Shown: positions 31,525-41,765 of the stretch, in pieces | Layout: each line of letters begins with the position of its first letter | Position numbering within the stretch: position 1 is the first letter of the stretch | Assembly (NCBI GenBank): GCA_041660605.1 | Contig: JBAZWB010000002.1 | Span: forward strand, 239,940 to 303,939 | DNA: 64,000 nucleotides | DNA from: Patescibacteria group bacterium | Lineage (GTDB): Bacteria; Patescibacteriota; Patescibacteriia; UBA10025; JAHIVO01 | Direction: 5' to 3' | The notes under the pieces: generated by a model | The model's database searches: none | Told to the model about the DNA's origin: nothing | Seen by the model: only the letters and a program-made list of their open reading frames with translations | Translations under genes and position numbers: made by a program

Positions 31525-32353
31525 CATTCAAAAAGACCGGATTAAAACCAGCTACGCAGAGCGCGCCAAAATTACTAAAAATCCTGTGGCCAAAAGCCTG
31601 CTGGAGCTGATGGAGCAGAAAAAAACCAATCTCTGCCTGGCTGATGACGAAAACGAACCTGAAAAATTTCTGGAACGGGCAGAATGGCTGGGCCCGGAGA
31701 TTGCCGTCCTGAAAACACATATTGATATTATTGATAATTTTACGCCGGAATTTATCGGGCAGCTGACCGCGCTTTCTAAAAAACATAATTTCCTGATTTT
31801 CGAAGACCGCAAATTCGCCGATATCGGCAATACAGTGAAAATGCAGTATCGCCGCGGCCTGTATAAAATTGCCGAATGGGCGCACCTGACCAACGCACAT
31901 ATCGTGCCCGGGCCTGGCATCATCGAGGGCCTGAAATCCGCCGCGGCTAATATAAAAGAACCCCGCGGCCTGATCCTGCTGGCGCAGATGAGTTCCAAAG
32001 GCAACCTGGCGACCGCGGAATATACAAAAACAGCCGTGCAAATGGCGCTTAATTATGAAGACTTCGTGGTGGGTTTTATCGGCAACGGCGGTGATATTAA
32101 CGAATTGAAAAAATTAACGGCGATAGCACCTTCACAGTTTATTATTCTGACGCCGGGCGTGAAAATCGGCGGCGGTGATGACGCCCTGAAACAGCAATAC
32201 ACAACGCCAAGCGAGGTGATAGCGGCGGGTTCTGATATAATCATCGTCGGCCGGGGCATTTATGAGTCCAGCGATCCGCAAAAAATCGGACAACTCTACC
32301 GCCAGGCCGGTTGGGAAGCATACCTAAAAAGGATAAAAAATCCGAAATCCTAA
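31514..32353 (+). CDS. pyrF: Orotidine-5'-phosphate decarboxylase
   Basis: KTHID, FEDRKFADIGNTV, TPGV, IVGRGI. Confidence 0.97.
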   Translation: MASNIQKDRIKTSYAERAKITKNPVAKSLLELMEQKKTNLCLADDENEPEKFLERAEWLGPEIAVLKTHIDIIDNFTPEFIGQLTALSKKHNFLIFEDRKFADIGNTVKMQYRRGLYKIAEWAHLTNAHIVPGPGIIEGLKSAAANIKEPRGLILLAQMSSKGNLATAEYTKTAVQMALNYEDFVVGFIGNGGDINELKKLTAIAPSQFIILTPGVKIGGGDDALKQQYTTPSEVIAAGSDIIIVGRGIYESSDPQKIGQLYRQAGWEAYLKRIKNPKS

Positions 32354-32474
32354 GCACGAAATTCGAAACAAATCCTAAACCCTGATGACAAAATTTCTAA
32401 ACAGTAATAATTACCAGTTTTTAACATTAGAATTTAGATATTGTTTCGAGCTTCGAAATTAGTGCTTCGAATTT
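32338..32474. repeat. Heptamer-periodic inverted-repeat element, copy 2
   Basis: aaatccg aaatcct aagcacg aaattcg ... cgagctt cgaaatt agtgctt cgaattt; similar to 29432-29560. Confidence 0.75.
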
Positions 32475-32512
32475 ATAAAATATACATTATAAATTATTAA
32501 TTATAAATTATC

Positions 32513-33448
32513 ATGAAACACCTACTCCATCTCAAAGACTACTCCGCCGAAGACATCAAACACCTGATCCATAAGGCAATGGATATCAAAGCCAACCAGG
32601 CGCATTACCACGACTCCCTGAAAAACAAAAACCTGATCATGCTTTTCCAAAAAGGTTCAACGCGTACGCGCTTATCATTTGAGGCAGGCATGACGCAGCT
32701 TGGGGGGCACGGCATATTCGTAGATCAGAAAACCACCCAATTCTCCCTGACCGATTTCCGCGATGAAATACGGGCGGTCATGCGCTTCGGGGACATTCTG
32801 ATGTTTCGGGCCATGAAATTCGCCGATGTGCAGACAGCCGCTGACCAGGATATGATACCGGTCATAGACGCCTGCTCGGAAAAATACCATCCCTGCCAGG
32901 CATTAGGCGATCTGCTGACTATGGCCGAGCATTCCGGTGGGCTGGAAAAAATTAAAAAAATCGTCTGGCTGGGCATTGAAAATAACGTACTCAATACTTT
33001 GAAGCTGGCCTGCGCCAAACTAGGGATAGAAGTATATATTGTCTCACCAAAAGTGCATCCTATCAGCGTTGACGAGGAACTGAATAAAATGGCTGAGGCC
33101 ACAGGCTTGATTCATAAAACTTTAAACCTGGAGGAGGCTCTGAAAAATGCCAACTATGTGCACACCGACACCTGGATGGATATGGAATTTTTTGATAATG
33201 GCAAAGTCAAACCGGACTACAAAGACGAGTATGAAGAACGCATCAAATTATTTAAACCCTACCAGCTGAATGCGGAACTGATAAATAGATACGCCCCACA
33301 GGCGAAAATCATGCACTGCATGCCCTGCCACATTGGCTATGAAACAACCCGCGACGCCATTGACCACCCGAACTCCGTCATCTTTGACCAGGCAGAAAAC
33401 CGCATGCACGCCCAAAAGGCGATCATCTTGCACCTGCTGGGGAAATAA
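32513..33448 (+). CDS. argF: Ornithine carbamoyltransferase family protein
   Basis: STRTRLSFE, HPCQ, HCMP, FDQAENR; the SMG loop is divergent (DTWMDM). Confidence 0.85.
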   Translation: MKHLLHLKDYSAEDIKHLIHKAMDIKANQAHYHDSLKNKNLIMLFQKGSTRTRLSFEAGMTQLGGHGIFVDQKTTQFSLTDFRDEIRAVMRFGDILMFRAMKFADVQTAADQDMIPVIDACSEKYHPCQALGDLLTMAEHSGGLEKIKKIVWLGIENNVLNTLKLACAKLGIEVYIVSPKVHPISVDEELNKMAEATGLIHKTLNLEEALKNANYVHTDTWMDMEFFDNGKVKPDYKDEYEERIKLFKPYQLNAELINRYAPQAKIMHCMPCHIGYETTRDAIDHPNSVIFDQAENRMHAQKAIILHLLGK

Positions 33449-33614
33449 CCGGAAACGATTCACATCCTGTTCAGTCGGGATTACTAATCCCGACTGAACT
33501 TTTTTATTATTGCTTACCTTAGGCGATTCTGCTAAGATAATAGACCAACAAAAAAAGAAAAAAAGTAATATTAACAATAAAATATACAGTAAAAACCCAC
33601 GAAAGGAGAACAAA

Positions 33615-36356
33615 GTGGCTGTTTTTCGATTAGCAATCGGCTCACACAGTCACCCGGACGTCTTTAAAATATTCAATTTTGAGACGGAAGGTTCACTGCC
33701 GCTGAACACTCAGATTATCGCCGATCATTTTATTGATTCGGTGACTGAGTATTCAGTAAAAGAAATGCCACCCGGTAAATTTCTCGAAGTAATCTACCAT
33801 AATGGTGTCATAGACCCCTGTCAGGAGTCTATTCTGACAGCGTGCGAATCACTCGGCGTTCCTGTCATTGCCGCCAAGGTATCGAAGCGCTATTACAGTA
33901 ATGCTCAGGACGATGTTTATGTAAACAAAATGGTTCACATTACGTTTACCAGCGAGCCTGCACTCGAAACGCTTCGTCCGCGAGGCAGCCGCAAAGGCAT
34001 GCAAGTGTTCGACCTTACCGCCATGAGCGATAACGAACTCATTGCTCTGGGAAACGGCACTCATGATCGGCGTAAAGGCTGTGATCTTGCTCTGACTCTC
34101 GAAGATATGGAAAAACTAAGGGAGATGCAAATTCGCGACAAGCTGCCGTGCGTTACCGACGTTTTTCTTGAAACATTCGGCGCTCGATGGTCGGATCATT
34201 GCAATCATAAGAAATGGAGAAAGCTGAGCCTCTTCAGGATTCTCAAAGATGCTACTAAAAGGATCAGAAATTCCAACCTTGTGTCTGCCTTCGTTGACAA
34301 CGCCGGCGTCTGGAAATTCTTTGAGAAATTCGTGATCGCGCTCAAACTGGAGACTCACTGCAGTCCGAGCCAGATGGAACCATACGGCGGCCAGCTCACC
34401 AAGCTAGGCGGCGTATTGCGCGACATTATTTTTTGTGGTCTTGGTTTTAGACCGATTCTCAACATTGAGATGACCGCAGTCGGAGAATTCATCCGAAAGA
34501 AATTCCCTCTGCTTGAAGGAATAGCCCTCTCTGCCCGGACAATCGCCCGTGAAACCATTCGAGCCATTGCTGACTATGGCAATCCTATGGGAGTTCCTAT
34601 GGCTTTGGCAAGAATGCTCAGCCATTTTTCTTTCAGCGGAAAAGTATTCGCGCTGGGAGGAACTGTCGGCCTTGGACGTGAGGATTGTGCACTACAAGGT
34701 ATTCCTCAAAAAGGCGACTTTGTATTAATGGTTGGGGGCCGGACGGGCAACGACGGTCTGCATGGCGCAACCGTAAGTTCCGGAGAAATTACCGAACAAA
34801 CGGACAGCGGGGATTCCTGCCATGTCCAGATCGGTAATCCATTTCAGGAACAAAAAATGGTTATGGCCATTGAAGACCTGCGTGACGCTGGATGCCCTCG
34901 CAGATTAAATGACTTTGGCGCTGCTGGTATTGTTTCCGCCATCGCGGAAATGGGAGAGCAGGCTGAAGGCGGCGGAGGTGTTCTAGTAAATCTGGCGCTT
35001 GTTCCTCTTAAGTGCGCTGGACTGGAAAACTGGCAGATTGCTCTATCGGAAAGCCAGGAACGCGGAGGCATAATCATCATTCGTGAGAAGCTTGACGAGG
35101 CTATTGAAATTCTGCGTCGTCACCAGCTTGAGTACGCGGTTGTCGGTATTGTCACCTGCAATGGCCGTTTCCAGATGATCTACGATCCTGATGCGACTGA
35201 TCTGCATTCAGATATGCCGCTTTCCGGAGAAATCTGTCTGGATGTGCCATACGTCTATTTCGATGAATGCCCATTGCCGCAGATCGAGATTATTGAACCG
35301 CCGGTTCGGACTGATACTGTCGATTTCCCAGAAATCACACTTGATAATGTAGAAGAAATGGCTGTTCAAGTAACTAGCCATTTTGATGCATGTAATCAAG
35401 AGCAGGCTACAACCCAGTACGACGGTACAGTAATTGGAACTAATGTCCAGGGATCTCTCTATGGTCGCGATTATAATGTAACCTCTCATCTGGCTGTCAG
35501 TCGACCGGTGTATGGGAGACCCTATGCCGTGACCATCAGCCAGAGCTTCAGCCCCTGGCAATTTGAAGTCAATCCGCAACTGGCCGCCCGGAACGCAATG
35601 ATCGATGCCATCATTACCCAGGTAGCGAGCGGTATCCGAAGAACTGACGTTTGCGAAGCTGACAATTTTTACACCCCTACTCAACTGGATCCCTATGCCT
35701 ACTACTGGTTGGTTAAACAGGTGCAAGAAATTGCCGCACTCTCCGAACTGACCGAAACGCCATTTGTCAGCGGCAAAGACAGTTCGTCTGGCACGGGATT
35801 TGGCGTGAATGTTGTCCCCAGCGTTGTGATTACGGCCATGGGCAAGATTAGCGACTATCGCAATCTCATAATGCACCTGTGGCAGAAACCTTGCAGTACT
35901 CTAATTGCTGTAGGACCGCAGTTCAAGACTTTGAGCGGCTCTATACTGTCTTCATCGCTCGGGCTAACCGGAACGATACTTGAAAGTATGCCACGAGAAG
36001 AAGTGCGAGAGTATCTCGACCGGCTTTACCAACTGGTAACCTCTGGCAAGGTACTATCGTCCGTTCCCATCAACCGCGGAGGGATTTTGCTTCGTCTCTT
36101 CGAGGGAATAATTGCTTCAGGGTTTGGTGTGAAAACACCGCTCTGTCAGGAATTATTTCCGGAAAGTTACGGAGCAGCATTGCTGGAAGTCCCGTCTTCT
36201 GCCGCCGGGTATATTTTAACCAATTACGCCGACCTCAATCCACGGATTGTCGGTGAAATCGTCGACTACAGAAGCCTGACAGTATGTGGTCGAAACATTG
36301 ATCTGAATCTTCTATTCAATGGCTGGAACACAACATTTCAAAAGGCGGTGGCGTGA
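33615..36356 (+). CDS. purL: Phosphoribosylformylglycinamidine synthase large subunit with N-terminal extension (possibly PurS-like)
   Basis: WSDHCNHK, DNAG, KLETH, TGNDGLHGAT, DFGAAG, SESQER, SGKDS; GTG start after AGGAG. Confidence 0.93.
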   Translation: MAVFRLAIGSHSHPDVFKIFNFETEGSLPLNTQIIADHFIDSVTEYSVKEMPPGKFLEVIYHNGVIDPCQESILTACESLGVPVIAAKVSKRYYSNAQDDVYVNKMVHITFTSEPALETLRPRGSRKGMQVFDLTAMSDNELIALGNGTHDRRKGCDLALTLEDMEKLREMQIRDKLPCVTDVFLETFGARWSDHCNHKKWRKLSLFRILKDATKRIRNSNLVSAFVDNAGVWKFFEKFVIALKLETHCSPSQMEPYGGQLTKLGGVLRDIIFCGLGFRPILNIEMTAVGEFIRKKFPLLEGIALSARTIARETIRAIADYGNPMGVPMALARMLSHFSFSGKVFALGGTVGLGREDCALQGIPQKGDFVLMVGGRTGNDGLHGATVSSGEITEQTDSGDSCHVQIGNPFQEQKMVMAIEDLRDAGCPRRLNDFGAAGIVSAIAEMGEQAEGGGGVLVNLALVPLKCAGLENWQIALSESQERGGIIIIREKLDEAIEILRRHQLEYAVVGIVTCNGRFQMIYDPDATDLHSDMPLSGEICLDVPYVYFDECPLPQIEIIEPPVRTDTVDFPEITLDNVEEMAVQVTSHFDACNQEQATTQYDGTVIGTNVQGSLYGRDYNVTSHLAVSRPVYGRPYAVTISQSFSPWQFEVNPQLAARNAMIDAIITQVASGIRRTDVCEADNFYTPTQLDPYAYYWLVKQVQEIAALSELTETPFVSGKDSSSGTGFGVNVVPSVVITAMGKISDYRNLIMHLWQKPCSTLIAVGPQFKTLSGSILSSSLGLTGTILESMPREEVREYLDRLYQLVTSGKVLSSVPINRGGILLRLFEGIIASGFGVKTPLCQELFPESYGAALLEVPSSAAGYILTNYADLNPRIVGEIVDYRSLTVCGRNIDLNLLFNGWNTTFQKAVA

Positions 36357-36994
36357 TGAAAAAGCGAGTAACCATACTCTTTGCTCCCGGGACAAACTGT
36401 CACACGGAAACAATCAAGGCTTTTAATCAGGCTGACGCGGACGCCCGACTTGTATTTCTGGACGATATCCTCAAGGGACGGATCGCAATCACTGACTGCG
36501 ACATCTTCTTTGTCCCTGGTGGATTTTCCTTCGGAGATCATATCAACACCGGCACCGTTGTTGCCATACTACTGCGTGATTTCTTCCCGTTGCTTCTTGA
36601 GGCGGGGATTCCTGTGGGAGGTGAGTGCAACGGATTCCAGATCCTCATGCGGGCAGGTTTCTTTGGCCACGACGTTACCCTGACTGAAAATGTTTCCGGG
36701 GTATTCTGCAGCCGGCCAGTGTTGCACCGGGTAATTGCTTCACCGTGCATCTGGACTGCCGGGCTTGAGGGGAGAGTGTTTGGATTCCCTTCAGCACATC
36801 ACGGTGGCAGGATCGTTGGTAACACCGATCGGCTTAATGTGGTTATGACCTACGAGTCACTATCACCTAACGGCAGCCGTATCGCCGCTATCTGCTCAGA
36901 AAACGGGCAAGTGTTCGGCATTATGGACCACATGACACGCCCATATGACAATCCGGACGGACAGTTCATTTTCCAAAACGTTCTCAAGGCGTAA
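36353..36994 (+). CDS. purQ: Phosphoribosylformylglycinamidine synthase glutaminase subunit
   Basis: PGTNC, PGGFSFGD, CNGFQIL; HPE motif reads HMT. Confidence 0.9.
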   Translation: MMKKRVTILFAPGTNCHTETIKAFNQADADARLVFLDDILKGRIAITDCDIFFVPGGFSFGDHINTGTVVAILLRDFFPLLLEAGIPVGGECNGFQILMRAGFFGHDVTLTENVSGVFCSRPVLHRVIASPCIWTAGLEGRVFGFPSAHHGGRIVGNTDRLNVVMTYESLSPNGSRIAAICSENGQVFGIMDHMTRPYDNPDGQFIFQNVLKA

Positions 36995-37124
36995 TAAATT
37001 ATTCCCGCGCCTGGTGTGACGAAACTAACTAAAATCGCAACTTCTAACAAGCCTGTACACTGTGTGTACAGGTCTTTTTTTATTTAAAAAAATAAAAGCG
37101 CCCGGGAAAACCTCAGTTGGGCGC

Positions 37125-37913
37125 TTATTTTACTTTAACAGATCGCGGTTCGTAGAACGGACGGGGAATACGGAAAGCATTGTGGCACTTCGGACAGTTA
37201 ACCAATTCGGTGGTTAAACACTTCGGCCCGCGATGGATGCGGAAGGAGCGTTTAACGGAATGTGCTCCACGGGAAGCCGGCATTTCGGTGCGGGTCAGAT
37301 AACCTTTTTTCTGCAATTCGCGTAAATGGTCGCGCACCTGGCCGGCTGTCTTCAGATAAAGATTCACGTCCGGCATAGTCAGTAGGTCCTCGGCCGACGG
37401 CCAGTACAAATGCTGCAGCCACCAGTCAATCAGCGAGCAGAGCAGCCAGTACTGGGCATCTGATAAGTCGCGGAATCCCGGCCGTTCACTGGCAGCCGAA
37501 AGCGCCTGTTCTGTCTTTTCCCGGCTGTCCTCATAGCGCTTTTTCCATTCCGGAAAAACCGTCCAAACTTCCGACAGCTTATAGAAACGCACCGGCACCA
37601 GATAGGGCTGGCGGTAGCGAATGACATAACTCACGCCTTTATCCTTCAGGTGGCGCAAGATAGCCGAACGCACCCAGCTGACGACGTTCACCAGCCAGTC
37701 AGAACAGACATAAACCTCGCTGGAAATCTGTAATTCATCTGTGAACTTAGGAACCTGCTCTTCTTCCGGTTTGGGATGCAATTCCTTGTCCACATCACGA
37801 ACCAGCCAGGCGCTGCATCCGGCTTGCGTCATAATTTCCGCTTTAGTTAACTGGCCTGCCTGAAGCAACTGCCGCACTTTTAACCGCTTATCAAGGGGCT
37901 CTTTTTTTGGCAT
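37125..37913 (-). CDS. Hypothetical DNA-binding protein
   Basis: N-terminal HTH-like segment, LexA-like wHTH (VRDHLRELQKKGYL), C-terminal CPKC. Confidence 0.55.
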   Translation of the reverse strand: MPKKEPLDKRLKVRQLLQAGQLTKAEIMTQAGCSAWLVRDVDKELHPKPEEEQVPKFTDELQISSEVYVCSDWLVNVVSWVRSAILRHLKDKGVSYVIRYRQPYLVPVRFYKLSEVWTVFPEWKKRYEDSREKTEQALSAASERPGFRDLSDAQYWLLCSLIDWWLQHLYWPSAEDLLTMPDVNLYLKTAGQVRDHLRELQKKGYLTRTEMPASRGAHSVKRSFRIHRGPKCLTTELVNCPKCHNAFRIPRPFYEPRSVKVK

Positions 37914-38072
37914 CTTCTCCCTCCATATTATTTGCCAATATTGAAAAATCTAAAACTAGCTGATTATCTTAACAAAAAAATAGTAATTTAGCAAACTACC
38001 CTTGACAAAATATAATTTTAAAGATATACTGGCGCGTTAAATAGATCGTTCAACATTCCACGGAGGGAAATC

Positions 38073-38318
38073 ATGACACTCGCGCAATTACTGGCCGCAG
38101 CCATCATTATTCTGATGGCCAGAGCATTCATTAGGCATCATCGCGGTCACCGCTCACAGTGGCCGGGAAGATTCAAGGCAGCGTCCATAGCTTTTATGGA
38201 CATATTGCTGCCAGACTGGCGCAATATTGCCATAAACCTAACGCTAGTCGTCGTCAGCGCACTTTTACTGCTCTTCCTTGTGGGCGGGGCATTACAAGTG
38301 TTTGTAGCTGGCGCCTAA
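38073..38318 (+). CDS. Small membrane protein
   Basis: GGAGG RBS, two hydrophobic segments, upstream TTGACA-N17-TATACT. Confidence 0.6.
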   Translation: MTLAQLLAAAIIILMARAFIRHHRGHRSQWPGRFKAASIAFMDILLPDWRNIAINLTLVVVSALLLLFLVGGALQVFVAGA

Positions 38319-38482
38319 ACTATACCAACCGTCTGTTGCATCAATCTAGATGCAGCCGACGGTTCTTATTATTGGCGAACATCATTAAAAATGCTATAAT
38401 ATTCACATCTTACAACCAATAGAGGGAAAATCACCCTTGTTTATTTTTATCTCAAATCAACCGTAATTGGTATTAATAAAAA

Positions 38483-41158
38483 ATGTTTCTCCAAAAATTA
38501 GTAATTCAGGGATTTAAATCTTTCGCCAATAAAACCGGACTGGAATTCACCCAGGGCACCACGGCTATTGTCGGCCCCAACGGTTCCGGGAAATCAAATA
38601 TTGCCGATGCCGTGCGCTGGGTGCTGGGCGAACAGAGCCTGAAAACCCTGCGTGGGAAAAAATCAGGCGATGTTATTTTCGCCGGTTCAGATAAAAAAAC
38701 CCGTTTGGGCTTTTGCCAGGTGGATATGCATCTGAATAACGTTGACCGCAAAGCGCCGATAGATTTCGATGAAATCGTCATTTCCCGGAAAATCTACCGC
38801 GATGGCGAAGGGGAATATTATATCAATAAAAATCACGTCCGGCTGCAGGACATCCTTATGCTGCTGGCAAAATCAAATTTCGGCCAAAGAAGCTACAGCA
38901 TCATCAGCCAGGGGATGATTGATTTATTCCTGGCAGCCACGCCGACCCAGCGCAAGGAGTATTTTGACGAGGCAGCCGGCGTCAGGCAATTCCAGATAAA
39001 AAAAGAACAGGCCGGGAACAAACTCGCGCAGACCAGGGATAATTTGAATCAGGCCGGTCTCCTGATCCAGGAAATAGAACCGCGGCTGCGTTCGCTGACC
39101 AGGCAGGTGCATCGCCTGGAACGCAAGGAAGAGATACATAAAGAACTGAAAGAAATACAGCACCGCTATTACGCCGGGCTCTGGCATGATCTCAGGAAAA
39201 AGCATGAGGTTGACGAACAGCACTACCAAAAAACCGAAACCCAGCGGAAAAAAATCCAGGATGAAGCCACTGACCTGCAAAACGAGATAAAGAAATTGGC
39301 CCTGGGAGAAACCCGCCAGGATGCCTTCCAGAATCTGCAGAAAGAGTATAATGAAGCGCAAACAGAAAAAAATCGTCTGCAGAAGGAACAGGCCGTTCTA
39401 AAAGGTAAAATTCAGATTGACCGCGAGCAGAGAGGCGAGATCGATCTGATCTGGCTGGAAAAACGCCAGGAGCAGTTAAAGCATTCTATCACCGGCTTAG
39501 AGCATACAGTTTCCGAGAGCCGGGAAAATATAAATAAATTCACTCGACAGGCAGAGGAAAGAAAAAAAGAGCTGGCCGCCATCAAACAGCAAATAGAAGC
39601 GATTAACGGCAATCTGTCTGTCGCTAAGAATAAATTGCTGAATAAAAAACCGCTGGCTATCCCGGAAATCTCAGAAAACGTAGCCGGCATTTATCAGCAG
39701 CAGAAAGAATTACTGGCAAAAATAGAATCAGCGCAAACTCCGGAAGACCTGCAAACCATAAAAGCAGAGGCAAAAGCCCTAACCAATCGCTTGTCGCAAC
39801 TCAATCATTTATTGAAAGAATCCGGTACCGGCGACCCGCATGAGGTGATCGCTTTTCAGGATCAGATTTCCAAACTACTGTCAAAAAAAGATGAGTTGGT
39901 CAGTTTTATTAACGATATTACAGTAAAACTGCAGATAGCCGAAGAAAGGCTTAACAACGGGCAAAAACAGCTGGATATATCAAAGGAAGAAATCTTAAAA
40001 ATAACCAGGGAAATTGAACACGCTGATACGCATAAAAATCCCCAGGAAATCGCCTCTGACATTGCCCGGGAAGAAAAGCATCTCAGCGAAAAAATATTAC
40101 AGCTGGACGATAAGCTTTCTAAAATCAACGAGCAGATCCAAAAATTCAACCAGACCGAACAGCAAAAAAAAGAAAACGTCTTTTCCCTGCAAAACCAGTA
40201 TTCAAAAAAACAGGAAGAGATTAATAATATAACCAGCCAATTAAACGCCATCAAAGTGGAATTGGCTAAACTGGAAACCCACCAGGAAGACCTGGAAAAA
40301 GAAATGATAGACGAACTGACCGACGAGGAAAGAAAAAACATTTATGATAATGAAAAACCGCCTATCGCCCAGCCAGAGCTTTTCCAGGAAATTCAGAAAT
40401 TAAAACACCAGCTGGATCTTATCGGCGGCATTGATCCGCAGGTCAGCCAGGAATATGAAGAAACCAACACCAGATACCAATTCCTGACCACGCAAAGCGA
40501 CGACCTGAATAAAGCTTCCGCTGATTTAGAAAAAGCCATTGCCAATCTGGAAGAAACCATAAAAAAACAATTCGACAAATCCTTTGAACAGATAAATGAA
40601 TACTTTACAGAATATTTTAAAATACTGTTTAACGGCGGCAACGCCAGTTTATCGCTGGTTAAAGAAGAGCTGAGGGATGACGATGAAGAAGAAGTGGAAG
40701 AAGGCGGAGAGGAGACTGACGGCGAAAAGGAGCCGGCTGAAGAAAAACCCAAAGAAAAAACGAAACAGGCTTTAAGCGGCGTAAAAGTTATTACCGGTAT
40801 TGATATCCACGCCACCCCTCCGGGTAAAAAATTAAGGGGAATTGCCATGCTTTCCGGCGGCGAAAGGGCGCTGACCTCAATAGCTTTGATTTGCGCAATT
40901 ATCCATAATAATCCCTCACCCTTCGTAATATTGGATGAAGTGGACGCGGCGCTGGATGAATCGAATTCCATACGCTTTGCCTCGATTGTCGAGAGGTTAT
41001 CCAAAAAAACGCAATTCATTGTCATTACCCATAATCGCGCGACCATGAACAAGGCTCACATTCTTTATGGCGTTACCATGGGCGATGACGGTGTTTCCAA
41101 GCTTTTATCAGTCAATATCCAGGAAGCGGAAAAGGTAATCGCTAAAAACCAGATTTGA
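38483..41158 (+). CDS. smc: Chromosome segregation protein SMC (short form)
   Basis: GPNGSGKSN, LSGGE, LDEVDAALD, ITH; coiled-coil middle. Confidence 0.93.
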   Translation: MFLQKLVIQGFKSFANKTGLEFTQGTTAIVGPNGSGKSNIADAVRWVLGEQSLKTLRGKKSGDVIFAGSDKKTRLGFCQVDMHLNNVDRKAPIDFDEIVISRKIYRDGEGEYYINKNHVRLQDILMLLAKSNFGQRSYSIISQGMIDLFLAATPTQRKEYFDEAAGVRQFQIKKEQAGNKLAQTRDNLNQAGLLIQEIEPRLRSLTRQVHRLERKEEIHKELKEIQHRYYAGLWHDLRKKHEVDEQHYQKTETQRKKIQDEATDLQNEIKKLALGETRQDAFQNLQKEYNEAQTEKNRLQKEQAVLKGKIQIDREQRGEIDLIWLEKRQEQLKHSITGLEHTVSESRENINKFTRQAEERKKELAAIKQQIEAINGNLSVAKNKLLNKKPLAIPEISENVAGIYQQQKELLAKIESAQTPEDLQTIKAEAKALTNRLSQLNHLLKESGTGDPHEVIAFQDQISKLLSKKDELVSFINDITVKLQIAEERLNNGQKQLDISKEEILKITREIEHADTHKNPQEIASDIAREEKHLSEKILQLDDKLSKINEQIQKFNQTEQQKKENVFSLQNQYSKKQEEINNITSQLNAIKVELAKLETHQEDLEKEMIDELTDEERKNIYDNEKPPIAQPELFQEIQKLKHQLDLIGGIDPQVSQEYEETNTRYQFLTTQSDDLNKASADLEKAIANLEETIKKQFDKSFEQINEYFTEYFKILFNGGNASLSLVKEELRDDDEEEVEEGGEETDGEKEPAEEKPKEKTKQALSGVKVITGIDIHATPPGKKLRGIAMLSGGERALTSIALICAIIHNNPSPFVILDEVDAALDESNSIRFASIVERLSKKTQFIVITHNRATMNKAHILYGVTMGDDGVSKLLSVNIQEAEKVIAKNQI

Positions 41159-41193
41159 CATTTTATCCGAAATAAAATAAGATATTACTTACT

Positions 41194-41619
41194 ATGTTAA
41201 TAATCCGTTTAGCCAGATTTGGAAAAAAGAAACACTCTCTTTTTAGGGTAATTATCTCCGAAAAATTACGGGATACCCGGGGGAGTTATTTAGAATTGCT
41301 GGGTAATTATAACCCTCATACCAATAAGGCCGTATTGAAAGACGAGCGCATTAAATATTGGCTGTCCAAAGGCGCGCAGACCTCCGGTACTATCCACAAC
41401 CTTTTATTGGACCATAAAATCATTGAGGGTAAAAAAATTAAGGTGGCCAATATAAAGAAGAAGCCTGAAGAAAAAAAGGAAGCCAGCGCCCCAGCCAAAC
41501 CCGCAGCTACCGAGGTAAAACCCGAGCCGAAAAAAGAAGAACCAAAGGCTGAAACTAAGCCGGCGGAGAAAAAAGAAGAAAAACCGGTCGAGGCCAAACC
41601 CGCAGTCGAAAAAAAATAA
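41194..41619 (+). CDS. rpsP: 30S ribosomal protein S16
   Basis: IRLARFG, LGNYNP, YWLSKGAQ; low-complexity tail. Confidence 0.96.
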   Translation: MLIIRLARFGKKKHSLFRVIISEKLRDTRGSYLELLGNYNPHTNKAVLKDERIKYWLSKGAQTSGTIHNLLLDHKIIEGKKIKVANIKKKPEEKKEASAPAKPAATEVKPEPKKEEPKAETKPAEKKEEKPVEAKPAVEKK

Positions 41620-41765
41620 AACAACAAAGCCCCTATAAACCAATGTTATCGTTACGGGAAGGGGGATTTTTTATTGTCCTAGAAAGAAGCGGGAGCTTGA
41701 CATTCAGGGATAATTGCGCTAATATAGACTGTTTATTGATCAGATAATAATTAACCGCAAATTAT

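Noticed and set aside
2659-41643. Numerous antisense and alternative-frame ORFs inside housekeeping genes
   Set aside because: They fully overlap confidently identified genes and carry no motifs.
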